IMG/VR virus record: IMGVR_UViG_3300023175_000005
Span: 124,001 to 188,000 of that record
Length of the DNA: 64,000 nt
Reading direction: 5' to 3' (one strand)
Below the pieces are notes generated by a model. It did no database searches and was not told the origin of the DNA. It saw only the letters and a program-made list of their open reading frames with translations. Positions 11,113-20,437 of the stretch are shown in pieces. Within the stretch, counting starts at the first letter, position 1. Every line of letters starts with the position of its first letter. Position numbers and translations under genes: made by a program.

Positions 11113-11115
11113 GTA
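11108..11115 (+). promoter_or_regulatory. Late promoter variant TATAAGTA
   Basis: One mismatch to TATAAATA, followed by CAGTAGGAG (RBS) and ATG 11131. Confidence 0.55.
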
Positions 11116-11130
11116 CAGTAGGAGTTACTA

Positions 11131-12402
11131 ATGCCGTTTACTATTGGCCAAACAATTACTGCATCTAATTATAATACACTTCGTACAAACGTACTAGGTG
11201 TGTATCAAACTCTGTACGGACAATCACCTTATTCTAGCACAGTAACTGGTAATAGCACTCCTAATGCAGGTGATGGTGATCAAATTACAACCACTGAAAT
11301 GTTGAATTTATTTTTAGATGTTCAGGCAGCATACTTGCATCAAACAGGAAGTGTTAACAGTAATATTGCAGTACCAGAAGTTGGTTTAACAGTATCAGCA
11401 GACGAATCTGAAGCAGGCGGCCATAGCGGTATGATACTTGCTGTAGGTTTAACAAATCCTGCAACTATAACAACAGACACAAACCATAATTTAAAAGATG
11501 GAGTGTTAATAACATTTAATGACGTAGAAGGTACTACTGAACTAAACGGATTAAGTTACTATGTCAAAGTTACAGGGTCAGCCGATATAGAATTGTATAC
11601 AAACAGTGCGTTGACAACAGGTCTAAATGCAACAGGCTATACTACATTTAGCGGATACGGGCATTGGAATGCTCAAGCAACAGCAGTAACAGACGGCACA
11701 AAAATGGGTTACAATGATTATGAAACAGCGATTTTAGATGTTGTAAACTTTAATGGAGAAGTATCAGGTTGGCCTTTGCTTACCAACTTTACTTTAGGAA
11801 CACCTACTGCAAGTGCAACAAGAACAGCAAGTTGGGGCGGTACAGGTACAGGCGGCAGCGGTCCGCCTAATAGCATTTATCATGTAGTAACAGTGACATT
11901 TACAAGTGCTGCCGCATTAGGATATTATTTCAACGCTGGCGGCCAAATAAGATTTAATGCTTCTGCGTCAGGCGGCTCTGATCCTAAAGATACAGAATGG
12001 ATCGGTATGCTTAGTGCTATGGGCACAATATCATTTGACAAATATGATACTTCTGCAAGTAGCGGTACAAGTGCAGGCTTAGGCGCAGACGATCTAACAG
12101 CCTCATATCAAACTTTGCTAACTAAATCAGGAAGCGGTGCTTATGCAAATAACGAATATACACTTGAAGGACTTAAATCTGCTGGTAATGTGTTGAGATT
12201 TAGAATCAGCATGAATGACGATTACACCGGTACATTTTTTGATTACGACATAACTGCTGATTTTGATAGTTCTTGCACTTCTTTTAGACCAGACAGTAGT
12301 TTTACATATAATTCTACAACATATACAGCAGTTGATTTACCTCATCCTACAATATCAAACGCTACAGAATTGACTGCCGATTTAGCAAGTCCTCCGTCAT
12401 AA
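11131..12402 (+). CDS. Ser/Thr/Gly-rich virion structural protein with inserted small beta domain (E1 FCCH-like)
   Basis: Paralogue of the 10225 gene plus a ~90 aa insert (TNPATITTDTNHNLKDG..ITF.DV.GTTELNG..YYVKV), a pattern seen in phage structural proteins. Confidence 0.6.
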   Translation: MPFTIGQTITASNYNTLRTNVLGVYQTLYGQSPYSSTVTGNSTPNAGDGDQITTTEMLNLFLDVQAAYLHQTGSVNSNIAVPEVGLTVSADESEAGGHSGMILAVGLTNPATITTDTNHNLKDGVLITFNDVEGTTELNGLSYYVKVTGSADIELYTNSALTTGLNATGYTTFSGYGHWNAQATAVTDGTKMGYNDYETAILDVVNFNGEVSGWPLLTNFTLGTPTASATRTASWGGTGTGGSGPPNSIYHVVTVTFTSAAALGYYFNAGGQIRFNASASGGSDPKDTEWIGMLSAMGTISFDKYDTSASSGTSAGLGADDLTASYQTLLTKSGSGAYANNEYTLEGLKSAGNVLRFRISMNDDYTGTFFDYDITADFDSSCTSFRPDSSFTYNSTTYTAVDLPHPTISNATELTADLASPPS

Positions 12403-12408
12403 TTAAGT

Positions 12409-12414
12409 TAAATA
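12409..12414 (+). promoter_or_regulatory. T4-like late promoter motif TAAATA at the head of the enzyme cluster
   Basis: TAAATACGTAC in the intergenic gap, followed by AGGAG RBS and ATG 12442. Confidence 0.55.
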
Positions 12415-12441
12415 CGTACATTATTATGTAGGAGTATCCGT

Positions 12442-12789
12442 ATGGACGATCGTCTTGAACAAGCAATAGATTCTGCCAATTTTTTAATTACATTAGAAAA
12501 TACAAAACGCATATTGAAAGAGCAATATAAAGAATCTTTGGTTTGCTATCATAACAAAGGACAATTTAGTATTAGCATGGAACTTATAAGTTATTTGCAA
12601 ACACTAATAGGCATGAATCAAACAGAAACTGTTCTAATTGACGATCACGATATTCCTATTCAAATCGAAAATTTAAAACTTTTTGTTTTAGAAGTAATGA
12701 ATCAATTTTATAATGCAAACAACAAATATCTTATAGAGTATAACAAACTTGTTAAAAAGAGGTCAACAAAGGATATTGTAGAAGTATGA
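12442..12789 (+). CDS. Hypothetical protein
   Basis: 115 aa ORF with strong RBS; ATGA overlap with the next gene. Confidence 0.7.
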   Translation: MDDRLEQAIDSANFLITLENTKRILKEQYKESLVCYHNKGQFSISMELISYLQTLIGMNQTETVLIDDHDIPIQIENLKLFVLEVMNQFYNANNKYLIEYNKLVKKRSTKDIVEV

Positions 12790-13637
12790 GCAAAGGTGTC
12801 CTCTTTATTGCAAGAAACAATAAAGAAATTAACTATCTTTACCAAGCAGTGTTCAATGCACACAGAGTACACAAATATTTAGGTGTACCTGTTTCGATAA
12901 TTACAGATAACAAAGAATATTTAGAAACACGATTCGATAGTCATCCTTTTGAACATGTTATAGAAATTCCAAACGATCAAGATTATGGATATAGAAAATA
13001 CAATGACGGAACGTATTCTAAAAGAAATTTAGAATGGAAAAACACTTCACGGGCAAAAGCATACGACCTTTCTCCTTACGAAGAAACACTATTATTAGAT
13101 ACAGATTATATAATTGCAAATAGTTTGTTAAAAGATTGTTTTAACCAATTACATGATTTTTTAATTTATAAGGATAGTGTTGAACTTAGTGGATGGAGAG
13201 ACGTATCAGAATTTGAATTATGTAGTGACAAGACAATAGATTTTTATTGGGCAACTTGTGTATATTTTAGAAAAAGTCCTGACAACAAACGGTTCTTTGA
13301 TCTGCTTCATCATATATCAGAGAATTGGGAACATTATAGAAACTTGTACCAAATTAAAAGTGCAATTTTTCGTAATGATTATGTTTTTAGTGTTGCAATA
13401 CACATAATGAATGGACATTATAAAAACGGGTTTGCAAAAACTTTACCTGGTAAATTGTTTTATACAATTGATAGAGATTTGCTTATTGACATTGATGGCG
13501 ATGATTTTTTATTTTGTTTAGAGAAAAAAGATAGTTTTGGTAATTACATGCCATTGAGAATGAGAGGTTCTAATGTACATGTAATGAATAAATTTAGTTT
13601 AACGAGAGCAATGTATGTCCCAGAATTCAAAGATTAA
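12786..13637 (+). CDS. GT-A fold glycosyltransferase-like protein (GT8-like)
   Basis: SPYEETLLLDTDY DxD motif, A..V....PVSIITD N-terminal strand pattern and RND motif. Confidence 0.65.
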   Translation: MSKGVLFIARNNKEINYLYQAVFNAHRVHKYLGVPVSIITDNKEYLETRFDSHPFEHVIEIPNDQDYGYRKYNDGTYSKRNLEWKNTSRAKAYDLSPYEETLLLDTDYIIANSLLKDCFNQLHDFLIYKDSVELSGWRDVSEFELCSDKTIDFYWATCVYFRKSPDNKRFFDLLHHISENWEHYRNLYQIKSAIFRNDYVFSVAIHIMNGHYKNGFAKTLPGKLFYTIDRDLLIDIDGDDFLFCLEKKDSFGNYMPLRMRGSNVHVMNKFSLTRAMYVPEFKD

Positions 13638-14469
13638 TTTTACATTGTTTGCACAAAATACAGATGTTGATTATGTTCAGCAAGCATGTCTTTGCGCAAT
13701 GAGTATTAAAAATTCAAATCCGAACAGTTCTATTTGTTTGGTAACAAATGATGTTGTGCCTGATAAGTATCAAAATTTATTTGATTATATAAAAGAAATA
13801 CCTTGGGGAGATGCTGCACAAGGACAAGAATGGAAGATTCATAATCGCTGGAAATTATACCATGTTACTCCGTATGATAATACAATTGTATTAGATGTTG
13901 ATATGCTTGTGCTAGACGACATTAGCCGTTGGTGGGAATTTTTACAAACAAAGGAATTATTTTTTACATCAAATGTAAGAACATATAGAAATGATATTGT
14001 CACAAGTAGATTTTATAGGCCAGCATTTGATAAATTTTATTTGCCAGATACTTATGTGGGATTTTATTATTTTAAAAAATCTGATCTAGCACACACTTAT
14101 TTTAAATGGCTCGAACTAGCAGTTAATAATTGGGAAAAGTTTCAAGGAGATTTTGCAGGAGGCAAATACTATCAGCGTGTAGCAAGTATTGACATGCTGA
14201 CTGCAATAATTATAAAAATTCTTGGAATCGAAAACGAAGTCACCTGCAAAGTTAGAGATTATCCCCATTTTACACATATGAAGTTACATTGCCAAAATTG
14301 GACTAATGTTAAAGTAGACAGTTGGCAAAAGTATGTAGGCACATATCTTACAAATGACGGTAAATTAAAAATAGGCAACTATTTCCAACAAGGTGTCTTT
14401 CATTATACAGAAGATGACTTTGTAAACGATAGAATTATAAACATATATGAAAAGCTTGTAGGAGTTTAA
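13615..14469 (+). CDS. GT-A fold glycosyltransferase-like protein (GT8-like), paralogue of the previous gene
   Basis: TPYDNTIVLDVDM DxD motif, AMSIK...ICLVT, FTHMK and C-terminal FHY. Confidence 0.65.
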   Translation: MSQNSKINFTLFAQNTDVDYVQQACLCAMSIKNSNPNSSICLVTNDVVPDKYQNLFDYIKEIPWGDAAQGQEWKIHNRWKLYHVTPYDNTIVLDVDMLVLDDISRWWEFLQTKELFFTSNVRTYRNDIVTSRFYRPAFDKFYLPDTYVGFYYFKKSDLAHTYFKWLELAVNNWEKFQGDFAGGKYYQRVASIDMLTAIIIKILGIENEVTCKVRDYPHFTHMKLHCQNWTNVKVDSWQKYVGTYLTNDGKLKIGNYFQQGVFHYTEDDFVNDRIINIYEKLVGV

Positions 14470-15048
14470 ATGTTACAAATATCTACTAACAAATTTATTT
14501 ACTTTGATGAAAATGGAGAACTTTTATCTGTTAGCAATACTAACGCAGAAGAAGGGAACTGGATTGAAGTAGACATTGATGCAGTTAAAGATATTTTAGA
14601 TGCAAAGGATTCTATGACAAATTATAGTGTTGCATTTGATAGCACTACAAAAAAATATGAACTAAAGCATAAACTTATAGCAGTAGACTTCAATACTGAT
14701 ATATGGTATGACATTTTTGAAATACCAATTACAGAAAAAGCAGATGTAATTGTTACACAAGATTGTAAAAATAAAGAATGGTTATTTGAACTAGATCCTA
14801 TGATAGTAAAAGAAACAAAATCTAAAGACTCTTTTTATAACTTTCCTATGCAATTCTCGATCACAGAGTTTAATGATCCTCATAATTTATTGCAGTTTAT
14901 TAAGTTTGGCTTTAGAGATTTGATAGAAGAAAATGTAGTAAAAGTTGCGTTTGATGATAATTTTAAGGTAGACAAAACTGACATAAGTGTGTATACTATT
15001 AAAAAATTCGATACCTATTGTCGGAGAACGGTGAATGAGCAAATTTAA
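14470..15048 (+). CDS. Hypothetical protein
   Basis: 192 aa acidic ORF abutting both neighbours; no recognised motif. Confidence 0.65.
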   Translation: MLQISTNKFIYFDENGELLSVSNTNAEEGNWIEVDIDAVKDILDAKDSMTNYSVAFDSTTKKYELKHKLIAVDFNTDIWYDIFEIPITEKADVIVTQDCKNKEWLFELDPMIVKETKSKDSFYNFPMQFSITEFNDPHNLLQFIKFGFRDLIEENVVKVAFDDNFKVDKTDISVYTIKKFDTYCRRTVNEQI

Positions 15049-15976
15049 AATACTAGACTATGACATTATCTATCTTAGTTATGACGAACCTAATGCTGAA
15101 AAAAACTATGCAGATTTGTGTAGGAAAATTCCTTGGGCTAAACGTGTACACGGTGTAGACGGAAGTGATGCAGCACACAAGGCATGTGCAGAACTTTCAG
15201 AGACGGATAGATTTATTACTATCGATGGCGATAATATTATTGATTCTGAGTTTCTTACAAAAGAATATGATTTAGAAACACACGAAGACATGCACTGGAA
15301 TCGTGATATAAAGTTTGAAGACTGTGTAGTAAGTTGGAGTGCTAGAAATACAATTAACGGACTAATGTACGGTAACGGCGGTATTAAATGCTGGCCTAAA
15401 GATAAAGTGTTAAACATGCGTACACACGAAAATGCAGATCCTAATAATGCACATGCTCAAGTTGATTTTTGTTGGGACTTAGAATATATTCAAATGAATG
15501 CGTGTTATAGCGAAATTATGAATAATGCTACTCCGCAGCAAGCATGGCGTGCTGGATTTAGAGAAGGTGTCAAAATGGCACTTGACAGAGGTATGAAACC
15601 TACTTTGAATGATTTTAAACGTAATCATTGGAAGAACTTGCATCGTTTGTATATTTGGCTAATGATAGGCGCTGATGTAGAAAATGGTAAATGGGCTATT
15701 TACGGCGCAAGAGAAGGTCTTTATAAAACAATGTGTACGGATTGGGACTTTGTAAATGTTCGTGATTTTAAATGGTTAAATGAATATTGGGCAAATGAAG
15801 TTGAATCTAAAGTATCTTTAGAAGGACTTGAAGATTCAATTGAGGAATATGGTATTAAACTAATTAACGAACTCGATTTACCTATTGCTGAAGAATGCTT
15901 AACTGCACAACAAAGTAATTTTTTCAAAACAGTATATCAAAATCCGGGTAGAACTGCTGGACAACAATTTATATGA
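15035..15976 (+). CDS. GT-A-like glycosyltransferase
   Basis: DIIYLSYDEPNA..N, RVHGV.G...AH..., FITIDGDN (DxD), YG.GG.K and AW.A.FRE..K. Clear paralogue of the C-terminal domain of 31720-34284. Confidence 0.6.
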   Translation: MSKFKILDYDIIYLSYDEPNAEKNYADLCRKIPWAKRVHGVDGSDAAHKACAELSETDRFITIDGDNIIDSEFLTKEYDLETHEDMHWNRDIKFEDCVVSWSARNTINGLMYGNGGIKCWPKDKVLNMRTHENADPNNAHAQVDFCWDLEYIQMNACYSEIMNNATPQQAWRAGFREGVKMALDRGMKPTLNDFKRNHWKNLHRLYIWLMIGADVENGKWAIYGAREGLYKTMCTDWDFVNVRDFKWLNEYWANEVESKVSLEGLEDSIEEYGIKLINELDLPIAEECLTAQQSNFFKTVYQNPGRTAGQQFI

Positions 15977-17355
15977 AATCAGAAACAGATAGAATTAAAG
16001 AAGCCGCTAGTATAATGGAGGATGTAAGTCCGACATTCTGTTTGGCTAAGTGGCATCATACTACAATTTATTTACACACAGGTGATACACACAGTTGCTA
16101 TCATCCGTCGCCGCATAAGATTGATTTAGAAGAAATTAAAAACAATCCTAGTGCATTGCACAATACACTTACAAAGAAAAAAGAACGTGCAAAAATGCTT
16201 GTAGGTGAAAAACCTAAAGGCTGTACCTATTGCTGGAATGTCGAAGCACTAGGAGATGATCATATTTCTGATAGAAACATTCGTAATGAAAGTATTTACA
16301 AGCCTGAGCGATTACAAGAAATTGTAGATTCGCCTTGGGATTTTGACGTAAATCCAGAATATATCGAAATTGCATTTAGTAATGAATGCAATTTTAAATG
16401 TGGATATTGTTCACCTATGGCAAGTAGTAGCTTTTATAACGAAGTCAAAAAACATGGTCCGTATGATATGGTTAAAAATCATCGATGCGATGTTGATTGG
16501 TTTCAGCCTATGGAAGAAGGATCAAATCCTTACGTAGATGCATGGTGGAAATGGTGGCCTGAAGTAAGTAAGACACTAAACATTTTACGCATTACAGGCG
16601 GTGAGCCTCTTATGCATAAAAGCACATGGCGTATATTTGACGAACTTAAAGAAAATCCACGTCCTCATATTGAACTTAACCTCAATAGTAACATGGGTTT
16701 AAGTCCACGCATTGTGTCTAAGTTTGCCGATAATGTAAAAGAACTTTTAGAAGGTAACAAAATTAAAAAGTTTAAAGTATATTCTAGTATAGATACATTT
16801 GATAATCGTGCAGAATATCTTCGCACAGGTTTAGATGTAAATCTTTGGGAAAGTAATATGAAAAACTTTTTAAATATTACTGGCTCCGATTTAACAATCA
16901 TGTGTACGTTTAATATTCTTAGTGTTACAAGTTTTAATTTATTCCTACAAAAAGTTTTAGATTGGCGTAAAGAATTTTATGATCCTAAGCGTAGACGTAT
17001 TAGATTTGATACACCTTATCTAAAAGAACCGTTACAATATGATATGCATATTTTACCTAAGGATGAATTTTTGCCTTACATGGATAAAATTTTACAATTT
17101 ATTAATGACAATAGAGACGACAAAGACACTACGAAATTTAGTGATTTAGAATATGAACGTTTTCGTAGAGTAAGAAATTATTTTGCAAATGTTAACTATG
17201 ACGAACCGAGAGTAAAAGAAGGCAGAGCAGATTTTTACAATTGGTTTAATGAATATGATGTTAGAAGAAACGTTAATTTTTTAGAAACATTTCCTGAGAT
17301 GGAAGGGTTTTATAATTTATGTAAGCAAACTAAGGATGAACTAGAAGTTGTCTAA
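15973..17355 (+). CDS. Radical SAM protein with N-terminal twitch-like Fe-S domain
   Basis: CNFKCGYC and TGGEPL. N-terminal C.AKW...G.THSCYH...C.YCW. Confidence 0.85.
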   Translation: MKSETDRIKEAASIMEDVSPTFCLAKWHHTTIYLHTGDTHSCYHPSPHKIDLEEIKNNPSALHNTLTKKKERAKMLVGEKPKGCTYCWNVEALGDDHISDRNIRNESIYKPERLQEIVDSPWDFDVNPEYIEIAFSNECNFKCGYCSPMASSSFYNEVKKHGPYDMVKNHRCDVDWFQPMEEGSNPYVDAWWKWWPEVSKTLNILRITGGEPLMHKSTWRIFDELKENPRPHIELNLNSNMGLSPRIVSKFADNVKELLEGNKIKKFKVYSSIDTFDNRAEYLRTGLDVNLWESNMKNFLNITGSDLTIMCTFNILSVTSFNLFLQKVLDWRKEFYDPKRRRIRFDTPYLKEPLQYDMHILPKDEFLPYMDKILQFINDNRDDKDTTKFSDLEYERFRRVRNYFANVNYDEPRVKEGRADFYNWFNEYDVRRNVNFLETFPEMEGFYNLCKQTKDELEVV

Positions 17356-18190
17356 TTTGTTTTGTTACGGGTGCAGTTTTACAAATTACAGTTGGCCTAT
17401 GTATCCTGAATACTTGGCACAGGAGTTTGATAAAACATTTAATTGTGGATTATCTGGTTTAGGTAATTTTGCAATATATCATAGATTACTAGGCACTGTT
17501 TTAGAAAACAAAATTAAAGAAAATGATACTGTAATTGTTCAGTGGTCAGAGCCATCAAGGCATGATTACCTTGACAAAGAAGAAGAATGGTCTAATATTG
17601 GCGGCGGCTTAGCCTTAGAACTAACTGCAAAAAGATTAGATCATATTATATCTCATAGTTCGTCTTACGTTAAAACTTTGACATATATGTTTCATACAGT
17701 TAACTTACTTGAATCTTTAAAAGTTAACTGGACTTTTCTTTTTCTTACACCAGATGCAATGGCACACCTAAGTATTCAAAGAGGTAAACATATAGATTTA
17801 GCAGGACATCAAAAACGCATAGCACAAAATATGACGAACAAAGTTAACAAGTATCGTCATAAGTTTATCGAGTTACCATTAATGCATCACTTTAATCATA
17901 AAGATCCTGTGTTTATGACAAATCATGGTGGCAATTGGTGGGATGACCATCCTAGACCTAAATCAACATATAAATTTGTAAAGGAAGTTTTAGCACCAAA
18001 ATTACAAATTAATACTAATAATATAACTAGTTACAACAAATATGTTTGTAACAGAATATTTGTACCTGTAAAAGAAAGAACATACAATCAAGAATTTATG
18101 ATTGAAGCAATGCGTGAGTTACCTGACAATCTCAAGTATAGTTATGATATAAGTGAATTAATAAATGAAACAATTGATATGGGCATATAA
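17348..18190 (+). CDS. SGNH/GDSL-like hydrolase or acyltransferase
   Basis: GCSFT (block I), G.GN (block II), QWS..R.D and DDHP (block V). TTG start. Confidence 0.55.
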   Translation: MSNLFCYGCSFTNYSWPMYPEYLAQEFDKTFNCGLSGLGNFAIYHRLLGTVLENKIKENDTVIVQWSEPSRHDYLDKEEEWSNIGGGLALELTAKRLDHIISHSSSYVKTLTYMFHTVNLLESLKVNWTFLFLTPDAMAHLSIQRGKHIDLAGHQKRIAQNMTNKVNKYRHKFIELPLMHHFNHKDPVFMTNHGGNWWDDHPRPKSTYKFVKEVLAPKLQINTNNITSYNKYVCNRIFVPVKERTYNQEFMIEAMRELPDNLKYSYDISELINETIDMGI

Positions 18191-19472
18191 TTGGATTGGG
18201 CCACTAGGTCCTTTAAATAACCATAAGATACCAGATGTATATGATCTGGCTAAGCGCATTGACGACATTGATGTTAAGTTTAGCGATGCAACAATGGAGC
18301 ATGATCCTGCTGTTATGGAGATAGGAAATTTTGTACCTTGCAAAATTATTCCATCTTCCGAGATAAAAGATATAGGGGATAGCAAATTTTTCTATGAAGT
18401 TATTTTAAGTCCTAACTTAAATTACATGTCTATCACAATGGATATGTTTTGCGGATTTTTACAAAGAACGCCTATTCCTGGCGAGGTTTGGGATAAAATT
18501 TACAATGGTAACGGATATCTATTTGTAAACTGTAGATATGAAAGTTTTGTTACGCATAGAGATTTTCAAACATTACATGATTATTTTAATAGTCAAGGTG
18601 TGCCCTTGAACAAAGTTATCTATGCAACAAACTGTGCAAATATACAAACTATTTACGACAAGTACTGTTTACAAGCAGGTGTAGGCGAAGATAAATTAAA
18701 TGTCGAATATATGGGTTTGTATATACAAATTACAAAAGACATTTTACGTGATGAAGTTTATGAAAGTCGTGTTGACTTGGGCAAACAAGATAGATTGTTT
18801 TTAAATTTTAACAGACGTAGTCATGAACATCGTATGTTGCTGTTATTGCAAATGATTAAAAATGATATGCTAGATGACTGTCATATGAGTTTTGACAGAC
18901 ATGGAGGTGTTAATAGACCATTTGAACATTTTATATACGATTTTGAGAGAACTTCTTCAAAATATAATTTAGAATTTGAAAGAGAAGATTTTGAAAATTT
19001 ATGGGACGATTTGCCTTTTGTGCTAGACAGTAAACATTTTGACAGATTTCCTGTAGAAGAACACTTAATGGATACTGCTGAATGGTATGATCGAACATAT
19101 ATTCATCTTGCAAGCGAAACAAATTTTGAAAATAATGTAATTCATTTGACAGAAAAAACAATGAAGCCAATTATATTCAAACAACCATTTATTATTGTTG
19201 GCCCTGCGTTTACACTTCAGTATCTTAAAAAATTAGGATTTAAAACTTTTGATGCTTGGTGGGACGAAAGTTATGATGAAACACTAAATGGGAAAGATAG
19301 AATGCAAGCAATTATAAAAGTATGTAAAGATATCAAGTCTTGGCCTAAACAAAAATTAAAACAGTTATATACACAAACACATGAGATACGAGAATACAAT
19401 ATTCAACATTTTAAAAATTTAAAACCTGTAGAACTATTAGATCTTGTTGAAAAATATGGAGCAGACATATGA
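18165..19472 (+). CDS. Putative glycosyltransferase, GT10 (fucosyltransferase)-like C-terminal motif
   Basis: FL.FNRR..HR...Y......ET......LTEKT.KP....PF...G......LK.LGF.TF....DESYD resembles GT10 motif II (Y.F....EN.....Y.TEK). Confidence 0.5.
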   Translation: MKQLIWAYNWIGPLGPLNNHKIPDVYDLAKRIDDIDVKFSDATMEHDPAVMEIGNFVPCKIIPSSEIKDIGDSKFFYEVILSPNLNYMSITMDMFCGFLQRTPIPGEVWDKIYNGNGYLFVNCRYESFVTHRDFQTLHDYFNSQGVPLNKVIYATNCANIQTIYDKYCLQAGVGEDKLNVEYMGLYIQITKDILRDEVYESRVDLGKQDRLFLNFNRRSHEHRMLLLLQMIKNDMLDDCHMSFDRHGGVNRPFEHFIYDFERTSSKYNLEFEREDFENLWDDLPFVLDSKHFDRFPVEEHLMDTAEWYDRTYIHLASETNFENNVIHLTEKTMKPIIFKQPFIIVGPAFTLQYLKKLGFKTFDAWWDESYDETLNGKDRMQAIIKVCKDIKSWPKQKLKQLYTQTHEIREYNIQHFKNLKPVELLDLVEKYGADI

Positions 19473-20437
19473 GTAAGGTATTAGTATGCGGAGCCGGAGG
19501 ATTCATTGGAGTTCATTTGGTAAGAAGTTTAAAAGCACAAGGACATTATGTAATTGGTGCAGATTTAGAGTATCCTGAATTTAGCGAAACCGAATGTGAT
19601 GAATTTCATATTGTAGATTTGCGAGAACAAGCAGATGTACGTAAATTAATTACAGAAGACATTTATGAAATATATCAACTTGCTGCGGATATGGGAGGAG
19701 CAGGATATATTTTTACAGGCGATAATGATGCTGATATTATGCACAACTCTGCTATGATTAATCTTAACATTTTGAAAGAAATGGTTGTTAAAGGTGTAAA
19801 ACGTATTTTTTATAGTTCAAGTGCTTGCATGTATCCTGAACACAATCAGATGGATCCTGATAATCCTTTGTGTAGCGAAGAAAGTGCGTATCCAGCAAAT
19901 CCTGATTCTGAATATGGTTGGGAAAAATTATTCAGCGAACGCTTGTGTATGTCTTTTGAAAAGAATTATGGTATACGTGCAAGAATGTGTCGTTTTCATA
20001 ATGTGTTTGGACCAGAAAGCACATGGACTGGAGGTAAAGAAAAATCTCCCGCAGCCTTATGTAGAAAAGTTGCAATGAGCGAAGACGAAACTGTAGAAAT
20101 TTGGGGACCTGGCACACAAACAAGAAGTTTTCTTTATATCGATGAAGCTATTGAAGGCATTCATAGGATTATGGAAAGCGATTATAATCAGCCGTTAAAT
20201 CTTGGCAGTGAACGTATGATTGCTATAAATGATTTAGCACACCTAATTGCGAGTGTTAACACTAACAAAAAACTGAGAATTAATAATGTGCCAGGACCTG
20301 TTGGTGTTAATGGCAGAAACAGTCATAATAAACTTATTAAGGAAACCATTGGTTGGGCACCGCAAGACAATTTAGAATATGGCTTGCAACAAACTTATCA
20401 ATGGATACTACAACAAATTGAGAAACAAGAAAATTGA
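19469..20437 (+). CDS. gme: GDP-mannose 3,5-epimerase-like NAD-dependent epimerase
   Basis: GAGGFIG, AADMGGAGYI, YSSSACMYP, YGWEK, RFHN.FGP..TW.GGKEK.PAALCRK and QTRSF.YID are the diagnostic GME motifs, including the catalytic Cys and Lys. Confidence 0.85.
   Translation: MSKVLVCGAGGFIGVHLVRSLKAQGHYVIGADLEYPEFSETECDEFHIVDLREQADVRKLITEDIYEIYQLAADMGGAGYIFTGDNDADIMHNSAMINLNILKEMVVKGVKRIFYSSSACMYPEHNQMDPDNPLCSEESAYPANPDSEYGWEKLFSERLCMSFEKNYGIRARMCRFHNVFGPESTWTGGKEKSPAALCRKVAMSEDETVEIWGPGTQTRSFLYIDEAIEGIHRIMESDYNQPLNLGSERMIAINDLAHLIASVNTNKKLRINNVPGPVGVNGRNSHNKLIKETIGWAPQDNLEYGLQQTYQWILQQIEKQEN

Noticed and set aside
12412-12445. RBS-sequestering hairpin (TACAT...ATGTA) upstream of 12442
   Set aside because: Only a 5-bp AT-rich stem, likely by chance.
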